Shown here in pieces: positions 35,781 through 45,046 of a stretch of 64,000 bases of DNA (within the stretch, counting starts at the first letter, position 1; every line of letters starts with the position of its first letter). A program made the position numbers and the translations under genes. The notes under the pieces are model-generated. The model saw only the letters and a list, made by a program, of their open reading frames with translations. It did not search any database and was not told the origin of the DNA. The DNA is from a bacterium (GTDB lineage: Bacteria > Zhuqueibacterota > Zhuqueibacteria > Oceanimicrobiales > Oceanimicrobiaceae), in NCBI GenBank assembly GCA_046757525.1, contig JBHHYI010000001.1:96001-160000 (forward strand). Reading direction: 5' to 3'.

Positions 35781-38189
35781 ATGCTGCACCATGCACCCCA
35801 TATTGAGAATCTGTTTGCCAGTGCCTCAGGTCTTCCCGCCCTCAAAAGCGAATTGCCTGATTCTATTGCTCCGGATTCATTCCACCTGATTTTGCAGCGA
35901 TTTAAGGCCCTGGCTTTGCTCACACGACCGGTGGGTAAAGTGGGCGTGACCGTGATCGACGGGCTTCCGGAAACCCATGCTCTGGCCAAAATACGTTCTG
36001 ACAAGGGAAACAGAGCCTTGCGGCAAGACGGGCATTTAGTCTTAAACCTGATTCGGGAAGCTTTGGCACCCATGCTCAAATCCAGGGACCTTGGGATTCT
36101 CCAAGGAGAGACGGAAGCCTTTGATTTAACCCCTCAGAAGGATGCCGAACCTTCTTTCGAGGGTGAGGTTCACCACACGTTGCATTTGGAAACTTTAGGA
36201 GAGGCAACGGTAAGCCTGAAAAAAGCAGGGAATAAGGTACGGATCGAGATTGCGGTTGAGACGCTTCAGGCAAAAGACTGGTTAGAGGAGCAGTTAAAAC
36301 ACAGCGCCTTCAATAAAGAAGGCATCACCACCGAGGTTAGAGCCCTGCACTTGGAAAAGAGAGAGCTGGCGGCGCCGGCGTTGAAACCTGGAACCAAGAG
36401 TTTTGCAACGGGTCTCGAGGCTTTAAGCGCTGACAGAGCACCGAAAGCAGTCCTTTTGCACGGTCGACCAGCGACGCGTCTCAGCGACAACAGGAATGCA
36501 ACGAGGACACACAGCAAAGGCCTTTTTGCAAATGCGAACACGGAAGACACAGATTCTGTTGCGGTGCCTGAGTCGCAAGACCGTCCGGAGGCACGAGGCC
36601 CCAAACGAGTACGCGTAACCAAAGTAAGGCACGCAAAAGGGCATGCCGTTGCCCTGAACCAGGCGCTACGCAAAGCAAAGGCACGCCGGAGGCCCGAGAA
36701 GTTAGTCAGCCGGGTTGAAACGGGGCCAACAGTCGCCGGATCAAACCGGAAGCCAAAGGGTTCTGCAGGCAAAGCGGCGCCGGTGCAGACGCACGACCGC
36801 GGCATTTTGCTTTCCGCGGAAAAAGCGTTGGAACAGGCGACCAAAGGTGCTGAGGTCTTTGCTGCTAAGCCGGAGGCAGGGAGGATCAAAAGTTCAATGG
36901 CTTCTGTGCCTTTGTCCGGCCGCGCGCCTCATGGCGCTGCAGGAAACGCGGGTCCCGCAAGCATCTTACCAGAGAAGCCCGTGTTGACCCCTGCCACGGG
37001 CGGTGACCAGAGTGCAATCACCAAAGGTGCGAACGTTCAGGCTTTGAATAAGATGGAGGAATTCATCCTTAACGAGGCGCAAATTACTTCCCGTTTTCCC
37101 ATTTCCGGGAAAACTCATCTGAAGATGCAGGTCGCAGAATTGGGAGAGGTTTCCGTTGAAATAACCAATGCCGCGCAAAAAGTCGGCGTTGAAATAGGTG
37201 TTGAGAGCAACAGGGCGAAGAGCTTGATAGCCGGGCATTTGAAGCATTTGACGTCACAGCTTGACCGCCTGGAAATAAAAGTTGCGTACCGTCCCTTGGA
37301 AAAATCTCACGACCCCGGGCCACACAACAAAAGGGAAAGATTCTCGCTGCGGGCCGGCACAGCCACTGACAAGAAAACGCCAGAGACCCCCAGGAATCCA
37401 ACCGAAATATTCAGGGCGGGTCTAAATGAGGGAAGCAAAACGAAAAAGGGCGTCACCAAAAAAATGCAGGCCTCGACTTCAGACAGCGGCAAAGCGACGA
37501 CCAGGCTCCAGGACCCTCAGGCGGGCTTTGGGAAACGCGCTGACCCTGTGGAAGAGTCGTCGGAGGATGGCGGAAAAGAATCTCGCGGCTTTCACGAACA
37601 AAAGTCTTCCCTGCAAAGCAACGAGTTTGGCGTGGGCGCTAAACACAAACGTGGTGAGAAGGTCTCTGGCGTTGAAACGGCGCCGTTAACCAGACACGGA
37701 AACTTTCCGACTGAAAACAAACTGGTTGCACCCGTAAAAGTAAGACAATCCCAGGTGCCAGAGATGATTCATCGCATCGCCAAAATGGTAGAAAACAGAT
37801 TACAGGCTTCCAATTCCAGAATCGAAGTTCAGTTGGACGTGGAAACCCTGGGTCTGATGAAGGTCGATGCTACCAGGCATCATGACTCCATTCATTTGCA
37901 GATTCAAGTTGAAAATGAAGAGGCCAAACGCTGGGTAGAGAGCCACTTGCGTCCCTTGAACAACCACATGACCAGGGAAGGCTTCCGAGTGGACAATCTG
38001 CAAGTGTCTGTCCAGGGTGAGAGGTCTGAAGGTCAGAGCAAACAAGGCAGATTCTACCATCCCTCGAAATTTGCCGGGGAGAAGCGCTACGCTACCCCGT
38101 CCGGAGTTGCCGGGGCGGCCGCAGAGAGTGCTCCGGTATACTCGGAGCAACGGAGCTTTGGTTACAACACTCTCGAGGTCTGGGGTTGA
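35781..38189 (+). CDS. fliK: hook-length control protein FliK, 802 aa
   Basis: Position before flgD; low-complexity linkers; FliK-C-like segments near aa 131, 444 and 680. Confidence 0.85.
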   Translation: MLHHAPHIENLFASASGLPALKSELPDSIAPDSFHLILQRFKALALLTRPVGKVGVTVIDGLPETHALAKIRSDKGNRALRQDGHLVLNLIREALAPMLKSRDLGILQGETEAFDLTPQKDAEPSFEGEVHHTLHLETLGEATVSLKKAGNKVRIEIAVETLQAKDWLEEQLKHSAFNKEGITTEVRALHLEKRELAAPALKPGTKSFATGLEALSADRAPKAVLLHGRPATRLSDNRNATRTHSKGLFANANTEDTDSVAVPESQDRPEARGPKRVRVTKVRHAKGHAVALNQALRKAKARRRPEKLVSRVETGPTVAGSNRKPKGSAGKAAPVQTHDRGILLSAEKALEQATKGAEVFAAKPEAGRIKSSMASVPLSGRAPHGAAGNAGPASILPEKPVLTPATGGDQSAITKGANVQALNKMEEFILNEAQITSRFPISGKTHLKMQVAELGEVSVEITNAAQKVGVEIGVESNRAKSLIAGHLKHLTSQLDRLEIKVAYRPLEKSHDPGPHNKRERFSLRAGTATDKKTPETPRNPTEIFRAGLNEGSKTKKGVTKKMQASTSDSGKATTRLQDPQAGFGKRADPVEESSEDGGKESRGFHEQKSSLQSNEFGVGAKHKRGEKVSGVETAPLTRHGNFPTENKLVAPVKVRQSQVPEMIHRIAKMVENRLQASNSRIEVQLDVETLGLMKVDATRHHDSIHLQIQVENEEAKRWVESHLRPLNNHMTREGFRVDNLQVSVQGERSEGQSKQGRFYHPSKFAGEKRYATPSGVAGAAAESAPVYSEQRSFGYNTLEVWG

Positions 38190-38277
38190 ACCAGCTAAAC
38201 TGAAGGAGAATCGCAGTTACAAAGCGGTTAGATTATTAATTTTGCAGATGCATTTCAACAAAATGGAGGATTGAACC

Positions 38278-38958
38278 ATGTTAAGCACGGGACCGGTAGG
38301 ACCAAATGCTACCCAGAACGTCCTGGGAGGTTCGCAAGACATACTGGGCAAGGATGATTTTTTGAGGATATTGGTTTCACAATTGCGCAATCAGGACCCA
38401 ATAAATCCGATCAAGAGCGAAGAGTTTGCCGCACAACTGGCCCAGTTCAGCTCGGTAGAACAGCTTCAGAATATCAATGCAAATCTGGAGAACAGCATCC
38501 AAACGAATCTTTTGCTCAACCAGGCAATCAACAACACCATGGCCACCACGCTCATAGGGAAGAACGTCAAAGCGTTTGGTAACGCGGTCTCCCTGGCTGA
38601 CGGAGAATCGGTTGGCCTGCATTACAGCTTGTCTTCTCCAGCAGAAAACGTAACCATTCAAATCATGGACAGCAATGGTACGGTTGTTCGAACTGTTGAA
38701 CTGAAGGGTCAAGCCCAGGGCGAGCAAACATTTGAGTGGGACGGAAAAGACGCCGAAGGCAATGTTTTAGCGGACGGCAAGTACACGTTTGCCATCAACG
38801 CCACAGATGGGAACGGCGATGGTGTGGCCGCGACCACCTTCATCAGCGGTGTCATCGATGGGATTAAATACGAAAACGGCAGTGCGTTGCTGCTACTTGG
38901 AGACCTGGAAGTGAATCTGTCGGATGTCGTGGAAATCAGTACCCCTGAGATTCCCTAA
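38278..38958 (+). CDS. flgD: hook capping protein FlgD
   Basis: LGKDDFLRILVSQLRNQDP, QLAQFSSVEQ, WDGKD. Confidence 0.97.
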   Translation: MLSTGPVGPNATQNVLGGSQDILGKDDFLRILVSQLRNQDPINPIKSEEFAAQLAQFSSVEQLQNINANLENSIQTNLLLNQAINNTMATTLIGKNVKAFGNAVSLADGESVGLHYSLSSPAENVTIQIMDSNGTVVRTVELKGQAQGEQTFEWDGKDAEGNVLADGKYTFAINATDGNGDGVAATTFISGVIDGIKYENGSALLLLGDLEVNLSDVVEISTPEIP

Positions 38959-38999
38959 CCGGACAGGAACCAAACCGGGACCAATACTGGAGACCTGAG

Positions 39000-39380
39000 A
39001 TGAAAATTCACCAATTGCCGGGGCAAGTTCAGCCTGATTCCCTCCAGCCAAATAGGAGGACCGAAGGCTTTCAGCAAGGTTCTTTTGCCAGCGTGCTGCA
39101 AAGCAAGCTCTCGCAAAGTGCCGGCTCCTTGAAGTTCTCGGCTCATGCGATTGATCGGCTGGTATCGCGGAAGGTTCGGCTGAGCTCGCAGGACATTTCA
39201 AGACTGCAGCACGCGGTTCACCAGTTGGAGCAAAAGGGCGGAAACGAATCCCTGGTGCTTATGGGTGACCTGGCGCTGGTGGTCAGTGTTAAAAACAACA
39301 CGGTCATCACGGCTGTAAACAGGAGCCCTAACGATGAAGCAAAGATATTCACCAACATCGATAGTGCTTTAATTTTGTGA
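39000..39380 (+). CDS. flagellar operon protein, TIGR02530 family
   Basis: LKFSAHAIDRL, KGGNESLVL, VSVKNNTVITA, IFTNIDSA; between flgD and flgE. Confidence 0.92.
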   Translation: MKIHQLPGQVQPDSLQPNRRTEGFQQGSFASVLQSKLSQSAGSLKFSAHAIDRLVSRKVRLSSQDISRLQHAVHQLEQKGGNESLVLMGDLALVVSVKNNTVITAVNRSPNDEAKIFTNIDSALIL

Positions 39381-39386
39381 TCGATT

Positions 39387-39447
39387 GGGTCGGACCCCAA
39401 ATTGGTTTTTGGGGAGGCCCTCCACTGTGGAACGACAGAAGCAGTGG
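39387..39447 (+). ncRNA. putative two-hairpin cis RNA element upstream of flgE
   Basis: P1 GGGUC-GGA-CCCCAAA...UUUGGGG-A-GGCCC; P2 CCACUGU-GGAACGACAGAA-GCAGUGG; no U tract. Confidence 0.65.
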
Positions 39448-39492
39448 CTGTAATTCACTGGTTTTACTTACCTAAATCTGGAGGGCTGCATC

Positions 39493-41136
39493 ATGATGCG
39501 CTCATTATTTTCAGGTGTGTCTGGTTTACGTAACCAGCAAATTAAGATGGACGTCATTGGTAATAACATTGCAAATGTGAACACCATAGGCTTCAAGGGA
39601 TCGAAGGTGAATTTCCTCGAGGAAGTGGGACAAGTATTAGCCAGAGGGGGCACCTCGGTGGCAGGCGGTTCTTTCAATGCAGTGCAAGTTGGCCTGGGGG
39701 TAAAAACCGGCAGCGTGGATCGGCAGTATTCCCAGGGGATTCTTCAAACCACCGGAAATGTGACTGACCTGGGGCTTCAGGGCAATGGCTTCTTCGTGGT
39801 TGGTGACTCTGACCGACAGTTCTTTACCCGGGCCGGGAACTTTCATTACGACAGTCAGGGCCGGTTGATGACTACCACCGGACTCTTTGTCAAGGGCTGG
39901 ATGGCAGATCCAACAGGGGAATTATCCAAGAGCTCGACCCTTACTGAGATTGTTGTAGACCCGTCCTTGGTGTCTCCCGCCAAGGCCACAACGAAAATCT
40001 CCCTTGCCGGCAACTTAGATGCCAGCGCGGTTCCGGTACAAGAGGTCTGGACGGCGGGTAAGGTGTTGACGGTGGCTGCAAGCGGAAACCCGGCGGTGGG
40101 AACCACCGACCTGAATGCGTTGACTCAAACCACAACGCCTCTGGTTGCCGGAGACACGATTACCATTACTGGTACAAATCCGGACGGTTCGGCGGTAAGC
40201 GGTACTTTCACCTACGGCGCCAGCAACGACGGAACTACCGTCGATGATTTCCTGGCTGTCATAAATTCCGCTTACAGCGGAGCGACTGCGACATTAGACA
40301 GCGGCAAAATCGTCCTGACCGATGACAACTTTGGCGCCAGCGATTTGACCATAGTCCTGGCTAACGGGGCTTCGAACACCGGGGTCATTTCCTTACCGAG
40401 CTTTGTGAATTCAGCCGAAGGCTTCACGCCGAAAACGACCGCCTCGACGGTCATTTATGACAGTTTGGGCACGCCACACACCGCCAACATTGAATTCACG
40501 AAAACAGAAAACGAGCGCGAATGGCGCTTCACGGTGACTCTGTCTGGTAGCGAAACCGTCTTAGAAGGGGGTTCGGGAACTTTAACGTTCAAACCTGATG
40601 GTTCAATAGAAACAATTGCTTACGACGGTGCTGAATCTGCCTTCAAATTCGATCCCAACAACGGAGCCAATCCCGTAGCCATAAACTTGGATTTTGGCAA
40701 CGCGTCTGGCGTCAATGGTCTGACCCAGTTCGATGGCAGTTCAAACGTCATCATCCCGACTCAAGACGGACAACCACACGGAGCCTTGTCATCGCTGTCG
40801 ATTGACGAAAGTGGTCGAATTATTGGTTCGTTCACCAACGGCAATAATCGTTTGATTGCTCAGATAGCGCTGGCGAAGTTCAACAACCCGGGCGGTCTGG
40901 TTCACCTGGGCAACAACATATTTGAAAAGACCGAGGGATCGGGTAGCCCGCTGATTGGCAAAGCTGGCGAGGATATCAGCACGGCCGTCATCTCGGGTAG
41001 TCTGGAATCTTCGAATGTGGATTTAGCCGAGGAGTTCTCTGAAATGATCATTGCGCAGCGAGCCTTTCAGGCGAACGCGCGAACGATCACAGTTAGCGAT
41101 CAATTCCTCAACGAAGTCGTTCAGTTGAAGAGATAA
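39493..41136 (+). CDS. flgE: flagellar hook protein FlgE (547 aa)
   Basis: MDVIGNNIANVNTIGFK, TRAGNF, SNVDLAEEF, QRAFQAN. Confidence 0.97.
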   Translation: MMRSLFSGVSGLRNQQIKMDVIGNNIANVNTIGFKGSKVNFLEEVGQVLARGGTSVAGGSFNAVQVGLGVKTGSVDRQYSQGILQTTGNVTDLGLQGNGFFVVGDSDRQFFTRAGNFHYDSQGRLMTTTGLFVKGWMADPTGELSKSSTLTEIVVDPSLVSPAKATTKISLAGNLDASAVPVQEVWTAGKVLTVAASGNPAVGTTDLNALTQTTTPLVAGDTITITGTNPDGSAVSGTFTYGASNDGTTVDDFLAVINSAYSGATATLDSGKIVLTDDNFGASDLTIVLANGASNTGVISLPSFVNSAEGFTPKTTASTVIYDSLGTPHTANIEFTKTENEREWRFTVTLSGSETVLEGGSGTLTFKPDGSIETIAYDGAESAFKFDPNNGANPVAINLDFGNASGVNGLTQFDGSSNVIIPTQDGQPHGALSSLSIDESGRIIGSFTNGNNRLIAQIALAKFNNPGGLVHLGNNIFEKTEGSGSPLIGKAGEDISTAVISGSLESSNVDLAEEFSEMIIAQRAFQANARTITVSDQFLNEVVQLKR

Positions 41137-41156
41137 TTTATTGAATGTTAAAACAT

Positions 41157-41212
41157 CTGGGTGTGGGAAGAGTCGCGCTTGCGTTGGTAAATCCCACACC
41201 CAGGTCCTTTTG
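41157..41212 (+). terminator. strong hairpin after flgE (partial terminator or mRNA stabiliser)
   Basis: 12-bp stem CTGGGTGTGGGA/TCCCACACCCAG with 23-nt loop, then GTCCTTTTG. Confidence 0.65.
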
Positions 41213-41238
41213 ATTAATTCAAATGGGTTGCTTTTGAA

Positions 41239-42030
41239 ATGGATAAGTCAACTGTTATTGGAATCGTTGCTGGCATGCTCCTTTTGGGCATCTCCCTTTT
41301 CATGGGCACAGGGTGGCAGATGTTTTTCAGCTTGCCTTCTTTTCTCATCGTGGTTGGAGGCACCATAGCTGCCACATTGGTCAATTTTCCTTTGAACGAT
41401 GTAATTAGTGTCATGAAAATAACCCAAAAGGTGCTGCTGCACAAGTCAATTGCTCCGGAAACCTACATCGAGAGGATTGTGCAGTTGGCAAAAAAGGCAA
41501 GATCCAACGGCCTGTTAGCCATCGAGCAGGATTTAGATGAGATCGACATGGATTTCTTGAAGTCAGGGTTGCAACATGTCATCAATGGCGCGGAGCCCGA
41601 AGACCTTCGCAATATCTTGGAGATGGATCTTTATGTGATGACCAAAAGGCATGATATCGGACAAAAAATGTTTCTCGCCATGGGGACCTACGCGCCCGCC
41701 TTTGGTATGATTGGGACATTAATAGGTCTGATCAAGATGTTGCAAAGTTTGGAGGACCCTACTGGAATCGGTCCCGGCATGGCCCTGGCCATGGTAACGA
41801 CTTTTTATGGCGCACTGCTTGCCAATCTCTTTTTCCTGCCAATGGCCGGGAAATTAAAACATCGCTCCGGAGAAGAGACCATTTTCAAAGAGATGTTGTT
41901 GCAGGGCATACTGTCCATGCAAGCCGAAGAATCGCCAAGAGTAATCAAGAACAAGCTGTTAACTTACCTGGCGCCTAATACGAGAAATAACGGGAAGCAC
42001 GCAGAAAAAGAGGTAAAGACCAGTGAGTGA
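41239..42030 (+). CDS. motA: stator protein MotA/PomA
   Basis: APAFGMIGTLIGL, MALAMVTTFYG. Confidence 0.96.
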   Translation: MDKSTVIGIVAGMLLLGISLFMGTGWQMFFSLPSFLIVVGGTIAATLVNFPLNDVISVMKITQKVLLHKSIAPETYIERIVQLAKKARSNGLLAIEQDLDEIDMDFLKSGLQHVINGAEPEDLRNILEMDLYVMTKRHDIGQKMFLAMGTYAPAFGMIGTLIGLIKMLQSLEDPTGIGPGMALAMVTTFYGALLANLFFLPMAGKLKHRSGEETIFKEMLLQGILSMQAEESPRVIKNKLLTYLAPNTRNNGKHAEKEVKTSE

Positions 42031-42727
42031 TCGGAAAAACAACTGCAATTGTGAAGAAGACGATACCCCGTCGTCGCCAGCGTGGATGACCACCTACGGT
42101 GACATGATGACTCTGCTGATGACGTTTTTCATCTTGATCATGTCATTTTCGTCGATTCAAATCGACAAGTTCAAGGCGGCCATGGGCTCGTTGCAGGGGG
42201 CTTTTGGTGTATTAGGCCACTCCAAAGAGGTCAACGTGGACCGCAGTTGGTTTTCTCCCTTCATGGTCGATATGAAAAGAGAGAAGATATTGAACCAGGT
42301 AGACAACTTGCGGGAACTGCTTGAAAAAAACAATTTGGAAGATTCTATTGAATTATCTGGATCGGATACGGAGGTGACCATCCGCTTCAAAGACCACATT
42401 CTCTTTCCCTCCGGGGGGGCAGAGTTAAAGCCGTCATTTTTGCCCATATTCAAGAAAATCACTCGCATCATCATAAAGGGTGCAGGAGAAGTCAAAGTAG
42501 AAGGACATACCGATAATCTCCCAATTCACACCAGCCAATATCCGTCTAATTGGGAATTATCAATTGCCCGGGCGCTGAGCGTGCTCAGATATCTGGTACA
42601 GGAAGAAGGCCTCAATCCGACAAAGCTTTCTGCAGCGGGATTCAGCCAATTTCGTCCTTTAGTTCCTAACAATTCTCCCGATAATCGTGCCAAAAACAGA
42701 AGGGTAGAAATTCATCTGAGATGGTGA
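42023..42727 (+). CDS. motB: stator protein MotB/PomB
   Basis: WMTTYGDMMTLLMTFF, GHTD, SNWELS, NRRVEI. Confidence 0.96.
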   Translation: MSDRKNNCNCEEDDTPSSPAWMTTYGDMMTLLMTFFILIMSFSSIQIDKFKAAMGSLQGAFGVLGHSKEVNVDRSWFSPFMVDMKREKILNQVDNLRELLEKNNLEDSIELSGSDTEVTIRFKDHILFPSGGAELKPSFLPIFKKITRIIIKGAGEVKVEGHTDNLPIHTSQYPSNWELSIARALSVLRYLVQEEGLNPTKLSAAGFSQFRPLVPNNSPDNRAKNRRVEIHLRW

Positions 42728-42759
42728 GGGTTTTGCTCAAAAAGAGAGGCGAATGAAGC

Positions 42760-43266
42760 ATGGCAGACGACACCAATAAAAATAAAGAATTAGAAAAAAC
42801 ATCCGATGTAAAGAAGGGAAGGAATGGGAAAATTCTAAAAATACTGTTGATCCCGATCATTTTGGTTGTGCAGGCTGGCGTAGCCTATTTTGTGGTGGTT
42901 AACTATTTAATCGGTAAACCTGAGAATCCTCAAAGCAAACCCTCAAAGCAGCACAACCAGGAGGTAGGGCAGTTCTTAGAAATTAAGGACATCGTCGTCA
43001 ATCCGGCGGGCACCCTGGGAAGAAGGTTTCTGGTCGCTGAAATGGGATTGGAAACACATAATCCTGATTTAATCGAAGAGGCTGAAACCAAGAGAATCTG
43101 GATAAGAGACGCAGTCTTATCCTTTTTGCGAGAACAGACTTCCGAAGAACTGCTCGATCTTTCCAAGAGGGAGGCCCTGAAAGCAAAACTTTTGCAGGTC
43201 GTCAACAAAAAACTGACGAAAGCTAAATTTGAGAAGTTGTACTTCACCAAATACATCATGCAATGA
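42760..43266 (+). CDS. fliL: FliL
   Basis: One TM; IVVNP, IRDAV, LYFTKYIMQ. Confidence 0.92.
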   Translation: MADDTNKNKELEKTSDVKKGRNGKILKILLIPIILVVQAGVAYFVVVNYLIGKPENPQSKPSKQHNQEVGQFLEIKDIVVNPAGTLGRRFLVAEMGLETHNPDLIEEAETKRIWIRDAVLSFLREQTSEELLDLSKREALKAKLLQVVNKKLTKAKFEKLYFTKYIMQ

Positions 43267-43733
43267 CCCAAGAGGCGCTTATGGCAGAAGAGATGGAACA
43301 AGTGGCCGACACTCCGGCACCAGGAGATGCTTTGGCAGAACAAGGTGCTGCTGACCCACCCGCTGAACAGGCTGATACCAGTTCGGCCGCTGAGAAACCG
43401 GAATCTATTGCAAAGCCGGAGAGGCCTGACAGTGAAAGCGATGACAACGGCCAGGAACTCCTGGGGTTCGATCAGAATAATCTGGGGCTGCTCATGGACG
43501 TTTCGCTGCAAGTTACCGTGGAGCTTGGTCGCAAAGAAATGCAGTTCGGGGAAATATTGCAGTTGGGCAAGGGTTCAGTAATCGAGTTGAATAAGATGGC
43601 CGAAGATCCCATCGCCATTTACGTAAACCAGAGCAAAATAGCACAAGGCGAGGTCGTGGTGGTTGACGAGCATTTTGGAGTCCGCATTACGAAGTTGATG
43701 AACCGTTCCAACGTGATACGCAACCTGGGTTGA
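43263..43733 (+). CDS. fliN: switch protein FliN
   Basis: LLMDVSLQVTVELG, GSVIEL, GEVVVVDEHFGVRI; acidic N-terminal tail. Confidence 0.95.
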   Translation: MTQEALMAEEMEQVADTPAPGDALAEQGAADPPAEQADTSSAAEKPESIAKPERPDSESDDNGQELLGFDQNNLGLLMDVSLQVTVELGRKEMQFGEILQLGKGSVIELNKMAEDPIAIYVNQSKIAQGEVVVVDEHFGVRITKLMNRSNVIRNLG

Positions 43734-43736
43734 CAA

Positions 43737-44255
43737 ATGAACAAGAAAAGAGGCCTTACCCTTGTCGGGGTGATTTTTTTTTTGTTGGCTTTGCTCATCG
43801 GGATGTACAAATTGGAGGCGCAGCTCGCTGACAAAAATCGAGAAGAAGGTGCCAAACCTCAAGTAGTACAACCTTCGCAGGCTCCTCAAAATGATTCTTG
43901 CTCCGATCCAGGTTATCTGTTGCTTAAAGCAGCCGCACTCATTGTCATATTCTCGGTGGTCCTTTATTTCCTGTTGAGAAGCAGCAAGAACTTTATTTTC
44001 ACCAAAACGTTTGCTGGGAGTTCGTCGGGAATCCAGATTAAGGGAAGCAAGATAATAGGTCCGCACAAATGGCTTTATATCGTTGACGTACTTGGCCATA
44101 TCCTGCTTTTGGGAGTTACCGAAAAGCAGGTTACCGTGCTTTTGGATATGCCTTTTGAGAACCTGAGCGAAGAAGAAAAAAGATTGTGGAACGACGAAGT
44201 AAAAACTTCAGAACCAAACTTCAAGAAGCTTTTGCATCATTGGCTTAGGAAGTAG
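43737..44255 (+). CDS. fliO: FliO/FliZ family protein
   Basis: TM plus IGPHKWLYIVDV...LLLGVTEKQVTVL. Confidence 0.85.
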   Translation: MNKKRGLTLVGVIFFLLALLIGMYKLEAQLADKNREEGAKPQVVQPSQAPQNDSCSDPGYLLLKAAALIVIFSVVLYFLLRSSKNFIFTKTFAGSSSGIQIKGSKIIGPHKWLYIVDVLGHILLLGVTEKQVTVLLDMPFENLSEEEKRLWNDEVKTSEPNFKKLLHHWLRK

Positions 44256-44259
44256 CCCT

Positions 44260-45024
44260 ATGGACCAGAGATCGCGGATATGGAAGTCCTGCCTGTTGCT
44301 TGGACTCGTGGCCTTGCTGCTACTCACTTCGTTTCATTCCCTTTCTGCGCAACCTTTGCCAAAGATTACCCTGGAATTTCCCAAGCAAACAGGCAAGCAA
44401 GATACGTCGTTGGCGATTCAAATTCTTTTCTTGATTACGGTTCTGTCGATTGCGCCGGCGATTTTGGTCATGATGACTTCGTTTACGCGCCTGGTGATCG
44501 TGTTTCATTTTCTGCGGATGGCTCTGGGGACTCAGCAATCGCCTGGCAATCAAATCATCATTGGACTGTCTCTGTTTTTGACTTACTTCATCATGCAGCC
44601 GGTTTGGAATGAAATTAATCAAAGCAGTATTCAGCCTTATTTGCAGGACAAAGTCACGCAGCAACAGGCTTTGAACAACGCTCTAAAACCGGTTCGCAAG
44701 TTCATGTTTAAAGAGACCCGCGAAAAGGACCTCATGCTTTTCGTGAAATTAGCAAAAATTCAAAGACCGAAAACCCGGGAGAATTTGCCGACTTATGTGC
44801 TAATTCCGTCGTTCATAATCAGTGAGTTGCGCATTGCCTTTCAGATCGGCTTTATGGTTTACCTGCCCCTGGTGTTGATCGACCTCATCGTGGGCGTAAT
44901 CTTGATGTCCATGGGCATGATGATGTTGCCGCCGATTATGATTTCGTTACCGTTCAAGATTCTGCTCTTCATCCTGGTCGATGGGTGGCATCTGGTGGTG
45001 CAGTCGGTGGTTTCCGGATTTTGA
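44260..45024 (+). CDS. fliP: export gate FliP
   Basis: MTSFTR, ALGTQQSP, MGMMMLPP, SLPFK, VDGW. Confidence 0.97.
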   Translation: MDQRSRIWKSCLLLGLVALLLLTSFHSLSAQPLPKITLEFPKQTGKQDTSLAIQILFLITVLSIAPAILVMMTSFTRLVIVFHFLRMALGTQQSPGNQIIIGLSLFLTYFIMQPVWNEINQSSIQPYLQDKVTQQQALNNALKPVRKFMFKETREKDLMLFVKLAKIQRPKTRENLPTYVLIPSFIISELRIAFQIGFMVYLPLVLIDLIVGVILMSMGMMMLPPIMISLPFKILLFILVDGWHLVVQSVVSGF

Positions 45025-45046
45025 TGGAATTGGAGGTGCGTACGCA

